From Mustelus asterias (Eukaryota), in NCBI RefSeq assembly GCF_964213995.1, contig NC_135804.1, forward strand, positions 69,564,001-69,628,000: 64,000 nt of DNA, read 5' to 3'. The position numbers were made by a program, and so were the translations under genes. Shown here piece by piece: positions 1-13,739 of the stretch. Position 1 is the first letter of the stretch. Every line of letters starts with the position of its first letter. The notes under the pieces were generated by a model. The model did no database searches and was not told the DNA's origin. It saw only the letters and a program-made list of their open reading frames with translations.

Positions 1-420
1 TTTGACACGCTTGCGGGTACCATCCACGTGGCGGTTGGCACATGATTTGGCCAATTTTCCCACGCAGCCCCAATAGCTGAGAGCATTGAAATACCTCAAG
101 GCCAAGCAAGATGAACACATTTGTAAACCGAGCAAACAATTAACAGGTATCCTCACCAAGCACGTAATGATTATATCAACAGAATGTACGCCATTCTTAC
201 TCACAGTTCCAATTTCCCATCCATCCAACCTGCCACTCAATGGGACAGGACAATCATGCTCCAAGGGAGACCAACAAACGCCTGTTGGACCAATGTGAGA
301 ACAACAAACTGTAAGATGCTATATATAATATGCCTCGTGCTCATATCTTCCTGCGTCGGTGTATGGGCTGTTCAAGACAAATAAAGTGATGTACGCTGAT
401 GCGTTGTCTTACGTATGACA
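1..420 (+). mobile_element. possible 3' part of a solo LTR (start outside window)
   Basis: TATA-like TATATAA ~323, AATAAA 380-385, ends ...TGACA at 420; no second copy or TSD visible. Confidence 0.3.
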
Positions 421-569
421 GGCTCTGCACAACATGAATTGATCAAATGGTTGGGTGAGTTCTGACAACCAGCTTTGAGCAGGTTTTTTTCATTTGATCT
501 TGCTAGGCCATTCACCGAAGTGCCGCTCAAAGAAGTCATACTCATTTGCACTGCAGTGCTGTGTGATAA

Positions 570-2030
570 GATCATAAGAACTTGGACCCATGTGGCCCAT
601 CGAGTCTGCTGCGCCATTCAATGAGATCGTGACTAATCAGGTATGATAATCCTCAAGTTCACTTTCCCACTTTATCCCCATAAACCTTGATTCCCTTACC
701 AATTAGAAATACGTCCATCTTAGCCTTGAGCATACTTAACTCGTCGGCATCTGCAGCCCTCTGCGGTAAAGAATTCTATAGATCCACTGCTCTCTGAGAG
801 ACCAAAGAAATTCTCATCATCCCCCTCTAAAATGGAGACCCTGATTAGCACTGCTGCCTCACAGCACCAGGGACGTGGATGCAGTTCCTAGCTTGGGTCA
901 CTGTCTGTTCAGTGTCTGCACTTTCTCCCCGTGTCTGCGGGGGTTTCCGTTGCATGCTCCAGTTTCCTCCCACAGTCCAAAGGGCACGCTGGTTCGGTTC
1001 CAGTGCCCATGCAAAATTCTACCTCCATGTACACGAGTGGGTGGCAGAGTGTGGAGAGTAGGGGACTGTCAGAGTCTCTGCATTGCAGTATAAATAAAAG
1101 CCTACTTGTGATGCTAATAAGTAAACAAAAAAAAGACTTACTATGAAACTTTGCCTACTGGTCTTAGACTCTTCCACAAAGAGAAACGACCTGTCAGTGT
1201 TTACTCTTCAATCCCACTGATGAGCCAATGTGGCACAATGAAGACAAAGAACAAAAGAACAAAGAAATTTACATCATAGCAACAGGCCCTTAGGCCCTCC
1301 ATGCTTGAACCAACCATGCTGCCCGTCTGAACTAAAACGTCCTACCCTTCCGGGGACCAGATCCCTCCATTCCCATCCTATTCATGCATTTGTCCAGACG
1401 CCCGTTAAACGTCACTATCGTATCTGTTTCCACTACCTCCCCCAGCAGCGAATTCTAGACACCCACCACCCTCGTAAAAAACGTGCCTCGTACATCTTCT
1501 TTAAACATTACCCCTCGCACCTTAAACTAATGCCTCCTCATAAACGACTCTTCCACCCGGGAAAAAAGCTTCTGACTATCTACTCTGTCTATGCCCCTCA
1601 TAATCTTGTAGACTTCGAATAGGTGGCCCCTCAACCTCCGTCGTTCCAGTGAGAACAAACCAAATTCCTCCACATCCTTCTGATATCCTTCAGGATGCCT
1701 CTCATTTTTCTAAACATATCGAACATACTCGCACTCTCCTCTTAAGAAAATCCCTCCACATCTGGGGCCACCCTAGAAATCGTGCTTGACTGCGTCCAAC
1801 GCAATATATTTTTCGTTATATCAGGGGGCCACAACTGTTCACAGTGTTGCAGGTTTGATCTAACCAATGACTAGTAGAATTCTGGCAAGACTTTCCTGTT
1901 ATTATAATATTACATTACCTTATAATAATTACCTTAATTCCTTTTGAAATAAAAGCCAACATGACCTTTGCCTTCTCTATTAGCTGTCAATGTTTTATTT
2001 TGCAATACATGCTTGAGGACACCCAAATCC
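570..2030 (-). mobile_element. degraded CR1 LINE 3' fragments (two ages), interrupted by a SINE
   Basis: CR1 3'-end-like sequence with (AAGAACA)n tail at ~1245-1265; resembles the younger CR1 copies in this window. Confidence 0.65.
843..1140 (+). mobile_element. tRNA-derived V-SINE (HE1-like), diverged 3' part
   Basis: TTAGCACTGCTGCCTCACAG...GGGTCACTGTCTG...CCCACAGTCCAAAG shared with other copies. Confidence 0.8.
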
Positions 2031-2150
2031 CCCCCCCCCCTCTAAATCAGCTCCAGCAAAGATTTATGTTGGGTTAGACGAGAAACTAGTCTTCAATGGA
2101 ATCACACCCAACCAGCGAAACCTTGTACAGTTCTAATATGCTGATGATTT

Positions 2151-2441
2151 GGGGCGGCACGGTGGTACAGTGGTTAGCACTGCTGCCTCAGAGCACCAGG
2201 GACCCGGGTTCGATTCCCTGCTTGGGTCACCGTCTGTGTGGAGTTTCCTCCGGGTGCTCCGGTTTCCTCCCACACTCCAAAGATGTGCGGGTTAGGTGGA
2301 TTGGCCATGTTAAATTGCTCCTTAGCATCAGGGGGACTAGCTAGGGTAACTGCTTGGGGTCATGGGGACATAGGGTAGGATTGCTGTCAGTGCAGAGTCG
2401 ATAGGCCGAATGGCCTCCGTCTGCACTGTCGGATTCAAGGA
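2151..2441 (+). mobile_element. V-SINE (HE1-like)
   Basis: GGGGCGGCACGGTGG head, A/B-box-like GGTTCGATTCC, CR1-derived tail GGCCGAATGGCCTCC. Confidence 0.85.
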
Positions 2442-3230
2442 TACATTTGTTAGACTTGAATCCACAGCTAGAGAAAATAATTTGCTCTGGACATTAATGT
2501 GCCCCATCTTTCGCTCCCTTTCACCTTTGAAATTCAGCTTTCAATGGGTTTCCTTTCCTTGACATGCGATTTCAGTATTCGGCTGGTGTTGCTTACTATC
2601 GTCTACTTCCATCACGCGATCTCTGGACAATATATGCGTTCGGATTCCTACAATTCCATGCGCTAAAAGGTTTGCTTCATCAAAACTGATCAGAAATATG
2701 GCCCAATTCGTTTGCTTGCTATGCGCGCTTCATGGCAAAATTGGACCCATCAAAAGTAAACGAAGGGGTAATGGCTATGCTGATTACAGCATTGCATATC
2801 ATTACTCCCTGTAGATATAAAAGCATATGACTACGGATGCTGTAATCTGAAAGAAAAACATAAAATTCTGGAAAATCTCATGCAGCTTTGACAGCATCTG
2901 TGGAGAGGGAGCAAAGCTAACATTTCACATCTGGGTGGCTATCCGAAAAGCCCTACACTGCTCGGTAGACTCATGAACGAGCCAAAGGCTGCCACTTCGT
3001 GTCCTGCAAATTGCCCTGAACGGTAGCGTGACGGTAGCTCAGGGGTTTCAGCAACATCTGAAATGAGCTGTTTCGCTCTGCTATTATGCAATAGGAATAG
3101 GAGTGGTATTCGCCAAGACCAGCGAACTGCCATGAAGCCAAAATATAACTCCGCAGATCATACATGGACTCTGCACTTTGCGCCATAGGATCTCCATAAG
3201 TTAACGTCTGTCATTGTGTCGGTACACCAC

Positions 3231-4311
3231 GGGCCCGATTTTACCAAGGCAAACTTGGTAAAGTCGGGCGTGAGGCCACTAACGCGATCCGCTCCCACGT
3301 CCGCGCAGATGCCCACTTTACCAAGGCCCGAAAATGGCCGCGATACGAACCGCGCCCGAAGCGGGCGCAACGGCGATTGAAATGCATTTGCATGCATTTC
3401 CCCCTTTACCATCGCGTTCGCCTGTCCAGGTTCTGCGCGAAACAGATAATCTCGGCAAAGGTCTGTTTCCGGCGTTCCAGCTTCAGAAGAGGTAAGTTCC
3501 CAGCTTCCTACGGCTCTCAGATTGGTGGTGGAGTGGGGGAAGGGGGACGGCCAGATCATTCTCTGGTGAGGGGGAGAGGGGAGGGAGGAGGTGGCGGGTC
3601 AGATGTATCCCTGATGGGAGGGGGAGGAGGAAGGCCCAATCATTCTCTCGTGTGGGGAGGGAGGGAGGAGGGATGCCAGATCGTTGTCTGGTGGGGGAAG
3701 GGAGGAGGGAGGCCCGGAGGGGGGGAGGTGGCGGGGGAGGGAGGCCATCATTCACTGGTGGGGTGGGTGGAGGAGGGAGGTCAGGTCGCTCTCTGGTTGG
3801 GAGGGGGGAGGCCAGATGGTTTTCTGGTGGGGGGGGGGTGGTGAGGGAAGGAGGGTGGCCAGATGGATTTCTGGTGGTGGGTGGAACCACTGCCACTCCG
3901 CGGGCAATCGATTTGGGGGGAGGGGGAAGAGGGTTGTGATCGGTCTGGGTAGTGGAGAGGGGGGTTAGGTGGATAAAGGGGCCAGTTATGTTGTGGGGGT
4001 GGGGTGATGTCTGTGGGGGCCATCGCTCCCGCTTTTCGCTCCTGTGCCGCTTTATCCGCTTTGTGCGGCTTGGGAGCGATGTGACAAGGGCACGTTTTTC
4101 AATGTTGTTCCCACTACTCATCCACAGTTCAAAGTTCCGATTGGAGCTGCAGCGTTTCAGGCGTGATAAGCCCCGCCCACAGCGCAATTCAGACCCGCGA
4201 CTTTTTTTCTCAGGCTAAGTGCCTATTGGGTAGACTGAGAGCAGTTTTCCAAGTCGGATCTGAATTGTGCCCAGATTTTGCACTTAGAATCAAAATGGTA
4301 AAATCGGGTCC
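3231..4311. mobile_element. non-autonomous PIF/Harbinger-type MITE with G-rich core
   Basis: 16-bp TIRs GG(G/A)CCCGATTTTACCA (3231-3246 / 4296-4311, 15/16 match), 3-bp TSD CAC (3228-30, 4312-14). Confidence 0.75.
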
Positions 4312-4369
4312 CACCAGTTTTGTTTCTGCAGGGTATTCCAAACGGACATGTGTGTCCAGGTCAGGACTG

Positions 4370-5420
4370 TGTGCGGCTTGGAGAAGAATTTACAGGTAGT
4401 GGTGGTCTCATGTATCTGCTGTACCTGTTTGCTTTGTCTAGAAGACTGATATCGGTGCTGTTGAAGGAGCTTTGATGAGTTTCTGTAGTGCACTTTGTTG
4501 ATGGTAGACACGGCTATCACTGTGCACCATTGATGGAGTTGTAGTTTTTTTTACGATGATAAATGTAGTTGCAATCAAGCGGGTTGATCTGTCCTGGATG
4601 ATATAGAACATTTTAAGTGTTGCTGGAGCTGCACTCATCCAAACGAGTGAAGAATATTCAATCATGCAATTGAAGTGTCCTTTGTAGATGAAGAGCAGGC
4701 ATTGAAGAGTGAGGGAATAAATGGAGGACGGTCGGGCCAAGACACTCCCTAAGGAACTCAGACAGTTACTGCGTGGAAAGGAAGAGACTGATCCCTAAAA
4801 ACCAAAACGATATAAATCATATCAGGGGTTTTGCCCTAAGTCCCATTGGCATCAGGTTTGCTCAATTTCTTTGGTGAGACATTCGGTCAAGTTCTGCCTT
4901 GATTTCTAGGGAAGTCACTCTGCCTCCATTTATTGAGTTCAGCAGCTTTTCCTATGTTTGGGTGGGGGCTGTAATAGGTCAGGAACGGAATGGCTCTGGC
5001 GGGTCTGAAACCTGACCTCCAAATTGGGCCAGGTTATTGATTGCTAAATTAGTAATGTTGACGACCCCTTCTGTTACTTGATGATGGAGAATGGAATGAT
5101 TGGACTGCAAATTGGCCGGGGTCGATTTGTGATGTTTTATTTTTCCTGGAGCGAACACACCACATTTTTCAAATGGCAGTGTAACTTCCAGTTTGTTGGC
5201 TGTCGTTGGACACATTGGCTCGAGGCGCAACTAGTTCTGGAGCAGACGTCTTGAGTACTATTGCCGGAATATTGTCAGGGGCCACAAACGTTGATGTAGC
5301 CAGTGCCTTCAGCCATTTATTATTACCACGGAGAGTGCATCGAATTGGCTTAAATTATGCTGGTGCCCTCATTTGGAAGGCGAGATGAATAATCCACCTT
5401 AATGCTGAAGATTGTTCTGA
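4370..5420 (-). mobile_element. old L2/CR1-group LINE fragment (second family)
   Basis: ORF2 C-terminal remnant MIEYSSLVWMSAAPATLK...RLIA; related remnants at ~11.4-12.5 kb and ~52.4-53.1 kb. Confidence 0.65.
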
Positions 5421-5798
5421 ATGATCACTACTCGGGAGAAAGGACGCACGTAAAGACATATCGATGATACTGTGACGAAGCATCTTGAAACATAATACCA
5501 TTCAGTCAATGTTTAACTTGCCGCCCGATTCTAATTATGGCGTTACCAAACGTATGCATGCGAATACAGCAGATTGAGTGAAACTAAAAACATAATCATA
5601 GTTTTTATGAAGGACGATCACTCGGGAAAATCTGTTTACTTTCTAGTCCACCGCTATTTATTTGAAGACAACCCAATGTGGGAACTTAAGCGATCACATC
5701 TCGTGTTTGAAGTCAGTGGATAATGAAATTTCGCGAGGTTAGAGAGCAGGGCAAATGGCCATTTCGCCGATATTACACGTGAGCAGAAGTTCAAGATT

Positions 5799-7277
5799 CA
5801 AAGAACAAAGAACAAAGAACAGTACAGCACCAGGAAACAGGCCCCTCGGCCCTCCAAGCCTGTGCCGCTCCTTGGTCCAACGAGACCAATGGTTTGTATC
5901 CCTCCATTCCCAGGCTGCTCATGTTGCTATCCAGGTAAGTCTTTAACGATGTCAGCGTGTCTGCCTCCATCATCCTACTTGGCAGCGCATTCCAGGCCCC
6001 CACCACCCTCTGTGTAAAAAACATCCGTCTAATATCTGAGTTATACTTCGCCCCTCTCACCCTGAGCCCGTGACCCCTTGTGATCGTCACTTCTGATCTG
6101 GGAAAAAGCTTCACACCGTTCACCCTATCTATCCCCTTCCTAATCTTGTACACCTCTTTTAGATCTCCCTTCATTCTCCGTCTTTCCAGGGAGAACAACC
6201 CCAGTTTATCCAATCTCTCCTCATAGTTAAGACCCTCCATACCAGGCAACATCCTGGTACACCTTCTCTGCACTTTCTCTAACGCCTCCACGTCCTTCTG
6301 GTAGTGTGGCGACCAGAACTGGATGCAGTACTCCAAATGTGGCCTAACCAGCGTTCTATACAGCTGCATCATCAGACTCCAACTTTTATACTCTGTACCC
6401 TGCCCTATAAAGGCAAGCATACCATATGCCTTCTTCACCACCTTCTCCACCTGTGTTGCCACTTTCAAGGATTTGTGGACTTGCACACCGAGGTCTCTGT
6501 GTTTCTATACTCTTGATGGCTCTGCCATTTATTGTATAACTCCTCCCTACATTATTTCTTCCAAAATGCATCACTTCGCATTGATCCGGATTAAATTCCA
6601 TCTGCCACCTCTCTGCCCAATTTTCTAGCCTATCTATAGCTTGCTGCATTGCCCGACAATGTTCATCGCTATCCGCAAGTCCAGCCAACTTCGTGTAATC
6701 CGCAAACTTGCTGATTACACCAGTTACACCTTCTTCCAAATCATTTATATATATCACAAATAGCAGAGGTCCCAGTACAGAGCCCTGCGGAACACCACTG
6801 GTCACAGACCTCCAGCCAGAAAAAGACCCTTCGACTGTTACCCTCTGTCTCCTGTGGCCAAGCCAGTTTTCTACCCATTTCGCCACCTCTCCTTGTATCC
6901 CATGAGCCTTAACCTTTTTAACCAACCTCCATGTGGGACTTTGAAAAATGCCTCACTGAAATCCATATAGACAACATCCACGGCCCTTCCTTCGTCAACC
7001 GTTTTTGTCACTTCCTCAAAAAACTCCACCAAATTTGTAATGGCCTCTTACATTTGTATTCCCTCTTACAAAACCGTGCTGTCTGTCACTAATGAGATTG
7101 TTCCATTCTAAATGCACATACATCCTGTCTCTAAGAATCCTCTCCAACAACTTCCCTACCACGGACGTCAAGCTCACCGGCCTATAATTACCCGGGTTAT
7201 CCCTGCTACCCTTCTTGAACAACGGGACCACATTCGCTATCTTCCAAGCCTCAGGGACCTCACCTGTGTCCAAAGAC
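5799..7277 (-). mobile_element. 5'-truncated CR1 LINE, frameshifted ORF2 (RT)
   Basis: NYRPVSLTSVVGK, SGVPQGSVLGP, KFADYTK, VRPHLEYC; (TGTTCTT)n tail. Confidence 0.95.
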
Positions 7278-7307
7278 ACAGGTAGACAAAAAGGAACTAC
7301 AGCTTAC

Positions 7308-9565
7308 CTCACCATTGAAGTACAAATTTGCGAGGGATGTAAACTGTGCAATAGTTAAAGAACGCCTTCATTTGTCGAGTGATATGTGATGTTGGTTTTC
7401 ATTTCGAAATCTCGTTGAGAGGTTAGTACAAAAGACAACATGAAAACATCGTAGAAGGTATTGATGCAACCTGGATGGAATATTTTTCAACATCTATAAT
7501 CATTTCCCTGTTTTAAAACTGGCAATTGATTTTTCAATGCCAAATGCTGAATACAAATTTTATTTTGGTTATTACAAAGGTTTTATTCCTGGCAAGACGT
7601 TTGTATTTTCTTAGCCGTACGAAAGATCGAATAAAAAAGTAAACGTGTGTAACAAACACTGATGACGAAAAGTTTTCAACAACATTATGAAAGTAAACGT
7701 TTAAATGCTAAATATAATTACGTATTCCATGTAATCAAATCGCCGTCTGCCAAAATCAAGGAGAGCCAAATCTGTTACTCCACCTTCAAGACAGGAATAA
7801 ATCTACTCCACGCTGTTTCTATCTCATAATCCACTAATCGACGTTCTCATTAAACAACAGATATCGTGGACAATTGTGAAAATATAAATCTTCTTAGTTG
7901 GCTCGTCATATAGGGCTGACGTTTTGTACATTGCCTTTCATACAGTTATTTTGAGTAAATTTCCTTCCAATCTTTTTTTTCATTTCTAAGAGTTGCTCTG
8001 TATATCTTCAATGTGAAAGAAATAACGGTATACCCACTCTTTCTAAGCGGCATAACAATGGGTCAGGTTGAAGAGCAAAAACGATGATTTTGCGCCTACA
8101 GGTTGTTTTGTCTGCGTTACCTTGAAGAAATATGTCATGAATTGTAACTTCCAGTAACAGTCCCACGTATCTATCGGGGGGCTGATCATTGTCAGAAATC
8201 TAAACAAAAACATAAGAAGTTTATTTCGATTATTGTTAAAGAAAGCTATACTGGGATTGGAGGAGGTTCAGAAGAGAATCATAGAAAGAAACCCTACAGT
8301 ACAGAAAGAGGCCATTCGGCCCATCGAGTCTGTACCGACCACAATCCCACCCAGGCCCTGCATATTTGCCCACTAATCTCTCTAGCCTACACATCCCAGG
8401 ACACTAAGGGACGATTTTAGCATGGCCAATCAACCTAACCCGCACATCTTTGGACTGTGGGAGGAAACTGGAGCACCTGGAGGAAACCCACGCAGTCACG
8501 AGGAGAATGTGCAAACTCCCCACAGACAGTGACCCAAGCCGGGAATCGAACCCAGGTCCCTGGCACTGTGAAGCTGCAGTGCTAACCACTGTGCTACGGT
8601 GCCGCCCAAGAGGTTCGCAAGATTGATCCTTAATATGGGAGGATTGCCTTATGGGGATAGATTTTGTAAATTGGACGTGTATTCATTGGGGTTTAGAAGA
8701 ATTATAGGAGACCTTATTGAGATATATAGGATTCAGAAGCAGGAAGGGGACTTGACAGGGTAGATGTTGAGAGGTTCTTTCCCCTTGTGGGACAGTCTAG
8801 GAGCAGCAGGCATAATCTCAGAGTAAAGGGTCGCACATTTAAGGCAGAGATAAGGATGTGAATTTCTTCTCTCAGATGGTAGTAAATCTGTGAAATACTT
8901 TAGCGCAGAGGGCAGTAGAGGTTGAGTCGCTAAGTATGTTCAAGGTTGAGATTGACAGCGTTTGAATCAGTAAGGAAATCAAGCGTATGGCGATAAGAGG
9001 GAAAATTGAGTTTTGGATTATCATTTCAGTTCAGTTACGAAAATGGCGGAGCAGACTCGATGGGCAGATTAGCCTCGTTCGGCTTCTAAGGCTTGTGGTC
9101 CTATTCAATTTGATGACTCTTAATATTTTTTTCATTTTTTTCAACTAAAATGCATTGTTCCAGTTTTGTTTTATATCAAGTGTCGATTTCTGTCGACGTC
9201 AGGGAAGATTGTTATAAGTAATTGCGGAGGTCCAAGCCGTATTGTTTCCTGCATATAACAGAGTATATAGCTGTTAAATTGTACATTCTCAGCTTGGATA
9301 CAAAACACGTCAACTCTAGCTGCAAATGATGCATCATCAATCTGGCCTATACTACAAATGTTACATCGATCTAAAATGATCATTTCCTCTTCCGGCACAG
9401 AAGTACACAGATTCTCATGTGGAATTCTACAGAAATGGTTCAACTTACCGATACAGAGAGCAGTAGCTGGGCATTAATTCCAGATGTGTGAGTTAACCCT
9501 GATACCCGCAAGCGAACCAGCAAAGTCAAGAAATAAAACAGAACCAGCTGAAACGATCAGTTCAT
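7308..9565 (-). pseudogene. putative spliced pseudogene of unknown secreted protein (4 phase-compatible exons)
   Basis: exons 9565-9449 (ATG, signal-like, TGA at codon 3, donor GTAAGT), 8199-8121, 7783-7722, 7507-~7308 with GT-AG sites and matching phases; in-frame stops. Confidence 0.35.
8277..8607 (-). mobile_element. V-SINE (HE1-like) inserted in an old plus-strand CR1 3' end (~8240-9100)
   Basis: full SINE head to tail; flanks read as CR1 LERVQRRF / FSQRVV remnants. Confidence 0.9.
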
Positions 9566-11369
9566 CTGCAGTTCCTAAAGAAGCGAGCTTTGCATTCTAA
9601 CTCTTTTCACTAGTTGGGAGTCATTTGACCAATTGGGGGTTTACGCACTTTTCCTCTCTGACTAACGTTAATGCTAAACCGATTACAATATGAACAAAAT
9701 GTTTGAATTTGTCGTTCGCGAGCTTAATTTGACCCTTCCAACAGTCTAATACAGAAGTTAGGCTGGCATAGGATAATACCTCCGCCCGTTGGTTGCACAT
9801 TACATCAACTAATATTTAAGTCCATTTAGGTTGCAAGTTTGTCCATGACAAATTTAATTGCGCAGTTGTCTTCCCAATATTCAGTGTCAATTTCAAAGTC
9901 AACTACGGGAATCTCGAGGAAGCGAATTAAGCAGACAACATCAAAATGTAACGAATATATCAGCTGGAATTTGGAGAAAAAGTCAAATTCTTTGGAGCTA
10001 TTTCTATGAGCGTTCTCACATTCATCTGACGTAAATGTTATAATTTACATAAAGTTAGAATTCACGCTAATAGCTAGACAGTTTCTTTGTCCGTCTAACG
10101 TCGAAATTTCGAAAGTCGGCAACCCAGGGATGTAGAGATGGATTACGGGGAAAGAAAAAAACACTAACTGGTGTTCGGGCTCTCGCACTTTAAACAGTTC
10201 TAAATCATTTCAGAGTGTTAACTGTTAGATATTGCCTGATTTCGCTGTTGTAATTCTGGTAAACTCTCTCAGTTACACCGTGAAACTGACAACCGTTTAG
10301 TGGCATTATCACATGTTTAGTCAAATGCATAAATCCAGAATATATTGGCAGTCATTTCCTGTTGCTCTACAGGGGTACGGTTTTGCCTGTTATTTCATAA
10401 GATCGCACCTTTTCAAACAAATCGTTTTGAATTGATCCGCAAAGACAATGGCCAACGTCAAAATGATCAAAATGGCCGACATAAATCGGGTTAAATAACC
10501 AAACTGGGAAATCGTATACACCCTGTAAGGCGTAAATAAAACAGATTTAAATTGCTATATGTTCTGCAGAATATCCGCATAACAACTATATATGAATAAA
10601 TGGATGAGTTGTTTTTATAACTATGAAGCCAGCTATTAATTCATTTCTATAGTACTTGATCACAATTCTGTAAAATGTCTATGGCACTACAATAAATGTT
10701 ATTTCATGCTCTTTACAAAATTCGTAACGGCATAATCGTCACAGCACCAGAATTTCGTGGTTTTACTGTTAATATTAATTTATAATTATTCTACGGACTG
10801 CTTTCCAATTTAACAATGCTGTGGTAATCTCTGGGAAAACACAAAAAATACAAAACACAAACTGTTAGAAATATTCACCAACTAATTATAAAGCGTGAGC
10901 AATCAATAAAAAAAATTCTCAACATTGTCTAATCAAATTTTAATTTTCTTCATCCAGAATCGAAGTTACTGGGAAATGGACTTAAATATTAGTTGATGTA
11001 ATGTGCAATACTCAAGCTAAATATTGCAAAGCAATTGAAGGTCGTTGCTTAGAGTCAGATTAGGGTGCTCCAACAGGGTGCAATTAGGGTGCAATCAACA
11101 TGACTGATTTTATCATGTTTGCACTAAACTAAAACAGAATCTCATTTTTCTAATGTTTATAAAGTAAAGAAGACTATTTAAGGGAAAGCTTGTTATAGAT
11201 CTAGGTAGCAGTGCGGAATTTAACTTCAACTACAAGTCCATGAAGAGATAAAATTGTTTCGCGTGGTTTGGTGCCATTCGTTTTAAAGTTACTTTGAAAA
11301 CGAGGTGCAACAATGATGCTGCAAGTGCAGCGTTAACGCTGCTAAGTAGAATTCCCTAGAATTATGCCC

Positions 11370-12480
11370 CGGAACAATGAAGAAACTGCAATACAGTTCC
11401 AAGTCAGGATAGTCTGAGAATTGGTGGGGAGGTTGTAGATGCTCGTCTCCCCATGTCTCAGCTGTCCTTGTATTTCTAAGTGGTAGAATAGGAAGGGCTG
11501 GAACGCTCTGTCGAAGGAGTGGGAATTTGCTGTTACAGTGAATTATCTATGATGGGACATCATTTTTAAGGATGGGTTACCAATCAAGTGTCCTCCGTTA
11601 TTATATTCAGTCTGGAGCATCGAAGTGTTGTCGAAGCCGTCATAATTCAGTCAAGTGGAGAGTACTTGATCACACTGCTAACATGTGCCTTCTCGATGGT
11701 GGACAAGTCTTAGGAGGCAGCAGATGAGTTACTCGCTCAAAAATGCCAAGACCTTGACCTGCTCTTGTGGCCACATTTTTTAATCGCTAGAACAATTAAT
11801 ATCTCTTCAAAGGTGCGCCCAGGATACTGACAGTGGAGCATTCACTGAGGCTCCTGCCAATGAATGTGACAGGGTTAGGGTTAGATTTTTCTCTTGTTCG
11901 TGGTCATCATCAGTAGGTACTTTTGTTGCAGGAAATTTACTTGCCATTTAGAAGCACAAACCTGAATACTGTCCAGGTCTTGCAACGTATGGATGTAAAC
12001 TATTTCAGTATCTGAGATGTCACAAATGATACTAGGCACAGTGTGATCATTGGTGAACGTGTTGACTCCCTTACCTTCTGACAGATGGAAGCATCTGAAC
12101 ACGATTTGACCGAGCAGTCTATACTCTGGAAATCCTGCATGGATGTCCTTGGATATGAATGAAGTTTTCCAAAAAGTACAGCCATCTTCCATTTTGCAAG
12201 GTATAACTTCACCGCTGGAGAGTTTGTCTCTGCTGCTGTCTATTGATTCATTTTTGCCTGAGGTCCTGCGGAAACGCTACCTTGATACCGCGGACCAACA
12301 GATTCATCTCACCTCTTGGTTGAAGCTCCTTTGTTTATGTTTCAACTAAAGCTATAATAAGTTCGAGGAAGATTGCCCCTAGTGGGAACCAGAGTGTCCA
12401 TTGCCAAGCAATGCGTTTATGTGTAAGTACCGTTGATAATACAATGGATCATGTATTTCATCAAATTGATGATATTTGAG
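11370..12480 (-). mobile_element. old L2/CR1-group LINE fragment
   Basis: degenerate RT remnant (LQDLDSIQVCASKWQVNF). Confidence 0.6.
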
Positions 12481-12484
12481 AGTA

Positions 12485-12850
12485 CCATAGAACCATAGCA
12501 TCCGTACAATGCAGAAAGATGACATCCGACCCATCAAGTCTGTACCGACGCTCCGAAAAAGCATTCCACCCAGGCTTTACCTCCACCCTATCCCCATAAT
12601 CCCGTGCATTTACCATGGGTAATCCACACAACCTGCACATCTTTAGACGATGGGAAGCTATTTAGTACACCCAATCCACCTACCCTGCACATGCTTGGAT
12701 GGTGGAACGGATCTGGAGCACTCGCAGGAAACCCATACAGGCAAGGAGAGAAGATGCACAATCCACACAGTCATCCAAGGCTGGAAAAGAACCTAGTTTC
12801 CTCGTGCTCTGAGAGAGCAGTGCCAACCATTGTGCAACTGTGCCCCCCCT
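12485..12850 (-). mobile_element. old V-SINE copy
   Basis: diverged SINE body and CR1-type tail. Confidence 0.7.
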
Positions 12851-13039
12851 GGAGTGATGATACGCTAATTGAGCAAATTCTACTTCACAGCATCATGGAA
12901 TGGCTGCAATACATACATTGGCTCTGGGGTATGTTGTGACTGTATGCCCTCTGAAGATGCCCTCGAGTGCCGTCACCCTGCCTTTACCCCGCAGCATTGT
13001 GCATGTTCATTTTCAACAAATAAGCCCAGCCCTGAGGAG

Positions 13040-13446
13040 AACAGTGACCACGACACCACACAACCCTGCCACAGCAACCTCTGCAAGATCTGCCAGATCA
13101 TCGACACGGATGCCATCATCTCACGTGAGAACACCATCCACCAGGATTTTTTTCACAAACAGGACATACATCGACACGAATTCAAATACAAGATAATGGT
13201 TGGAATGCGAGCCGAACTGGTAATCAAGTCTTTATACAGGTGCAGACAATCTGAGTGGAGAGAGGGTTAAGCACAGGTTAAAGAGGTGTGCGTTGTCTCC
13301 AACCAGAACAGTTCGTGAGACTATGCAAGCCCAGGCAAGTCGTGGGGCTTACAGATAGTGTGGCATAAACCCAAGATCTGGTTGAGGCCATCCTCATGTG
13401 TGTGGCATTTGGCTATCAATTTCTGCTCAGCAATTCTGCGTTGTCC
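13040..13446. mobile_element. Penelope-like element fragment
   Basis: TQPCHSNLCKICQIIDTD Cys motif typical of the PLE linker before GIY-YIG; adjoining minus-strand piece. Confidence 0.5.
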
Positions 13447-13739
13447 TCAATTCATAAAGCCATGTTTATTTTGCACATGACACAGCTGTGCAATTTTCTG
13501 CGTTGCCATTTCGATGCAATTGCTGTAAATGCACAGTAACAGCTTGACCACAGGCAAAGCTGGTTTTGGAGCACCAGCTTTCAGTCCCTTAATGTCAACA
13601 AAATGAAGGAGATTTTCATCGACTTCAGGAAGCATAGAGGAGAAAATGCCCTTCCATACATCAATGGGGACGAAGTAGATAGGGTCATCTGGACTCGAAA
13701 TATCCGCGCTTTTCTCTCCTTACAGAAGCTGCCAGACCT

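Noticed and set aside
2151-2225. tRNA-like A/B boxes
   Set aside because: Heads of V-SINEs, not tRNA genes (same for all copies)
2971-3186. SAESMYDL resembling Gypsy Gag SAEQSMYDL
   Set aside because: Similarity limited to ~8 residues with unrelated flanks; likely chance
3377-4218. Gly-rich and Pro-rich ORFs up to 234 aa
   Set aside because: Artefacts of the stop-poor G-rich MITE core
9171-9443. 90-aa minus ORF
   Set aside because: Starts inside a splice-donor motif; no domain; probably intronic
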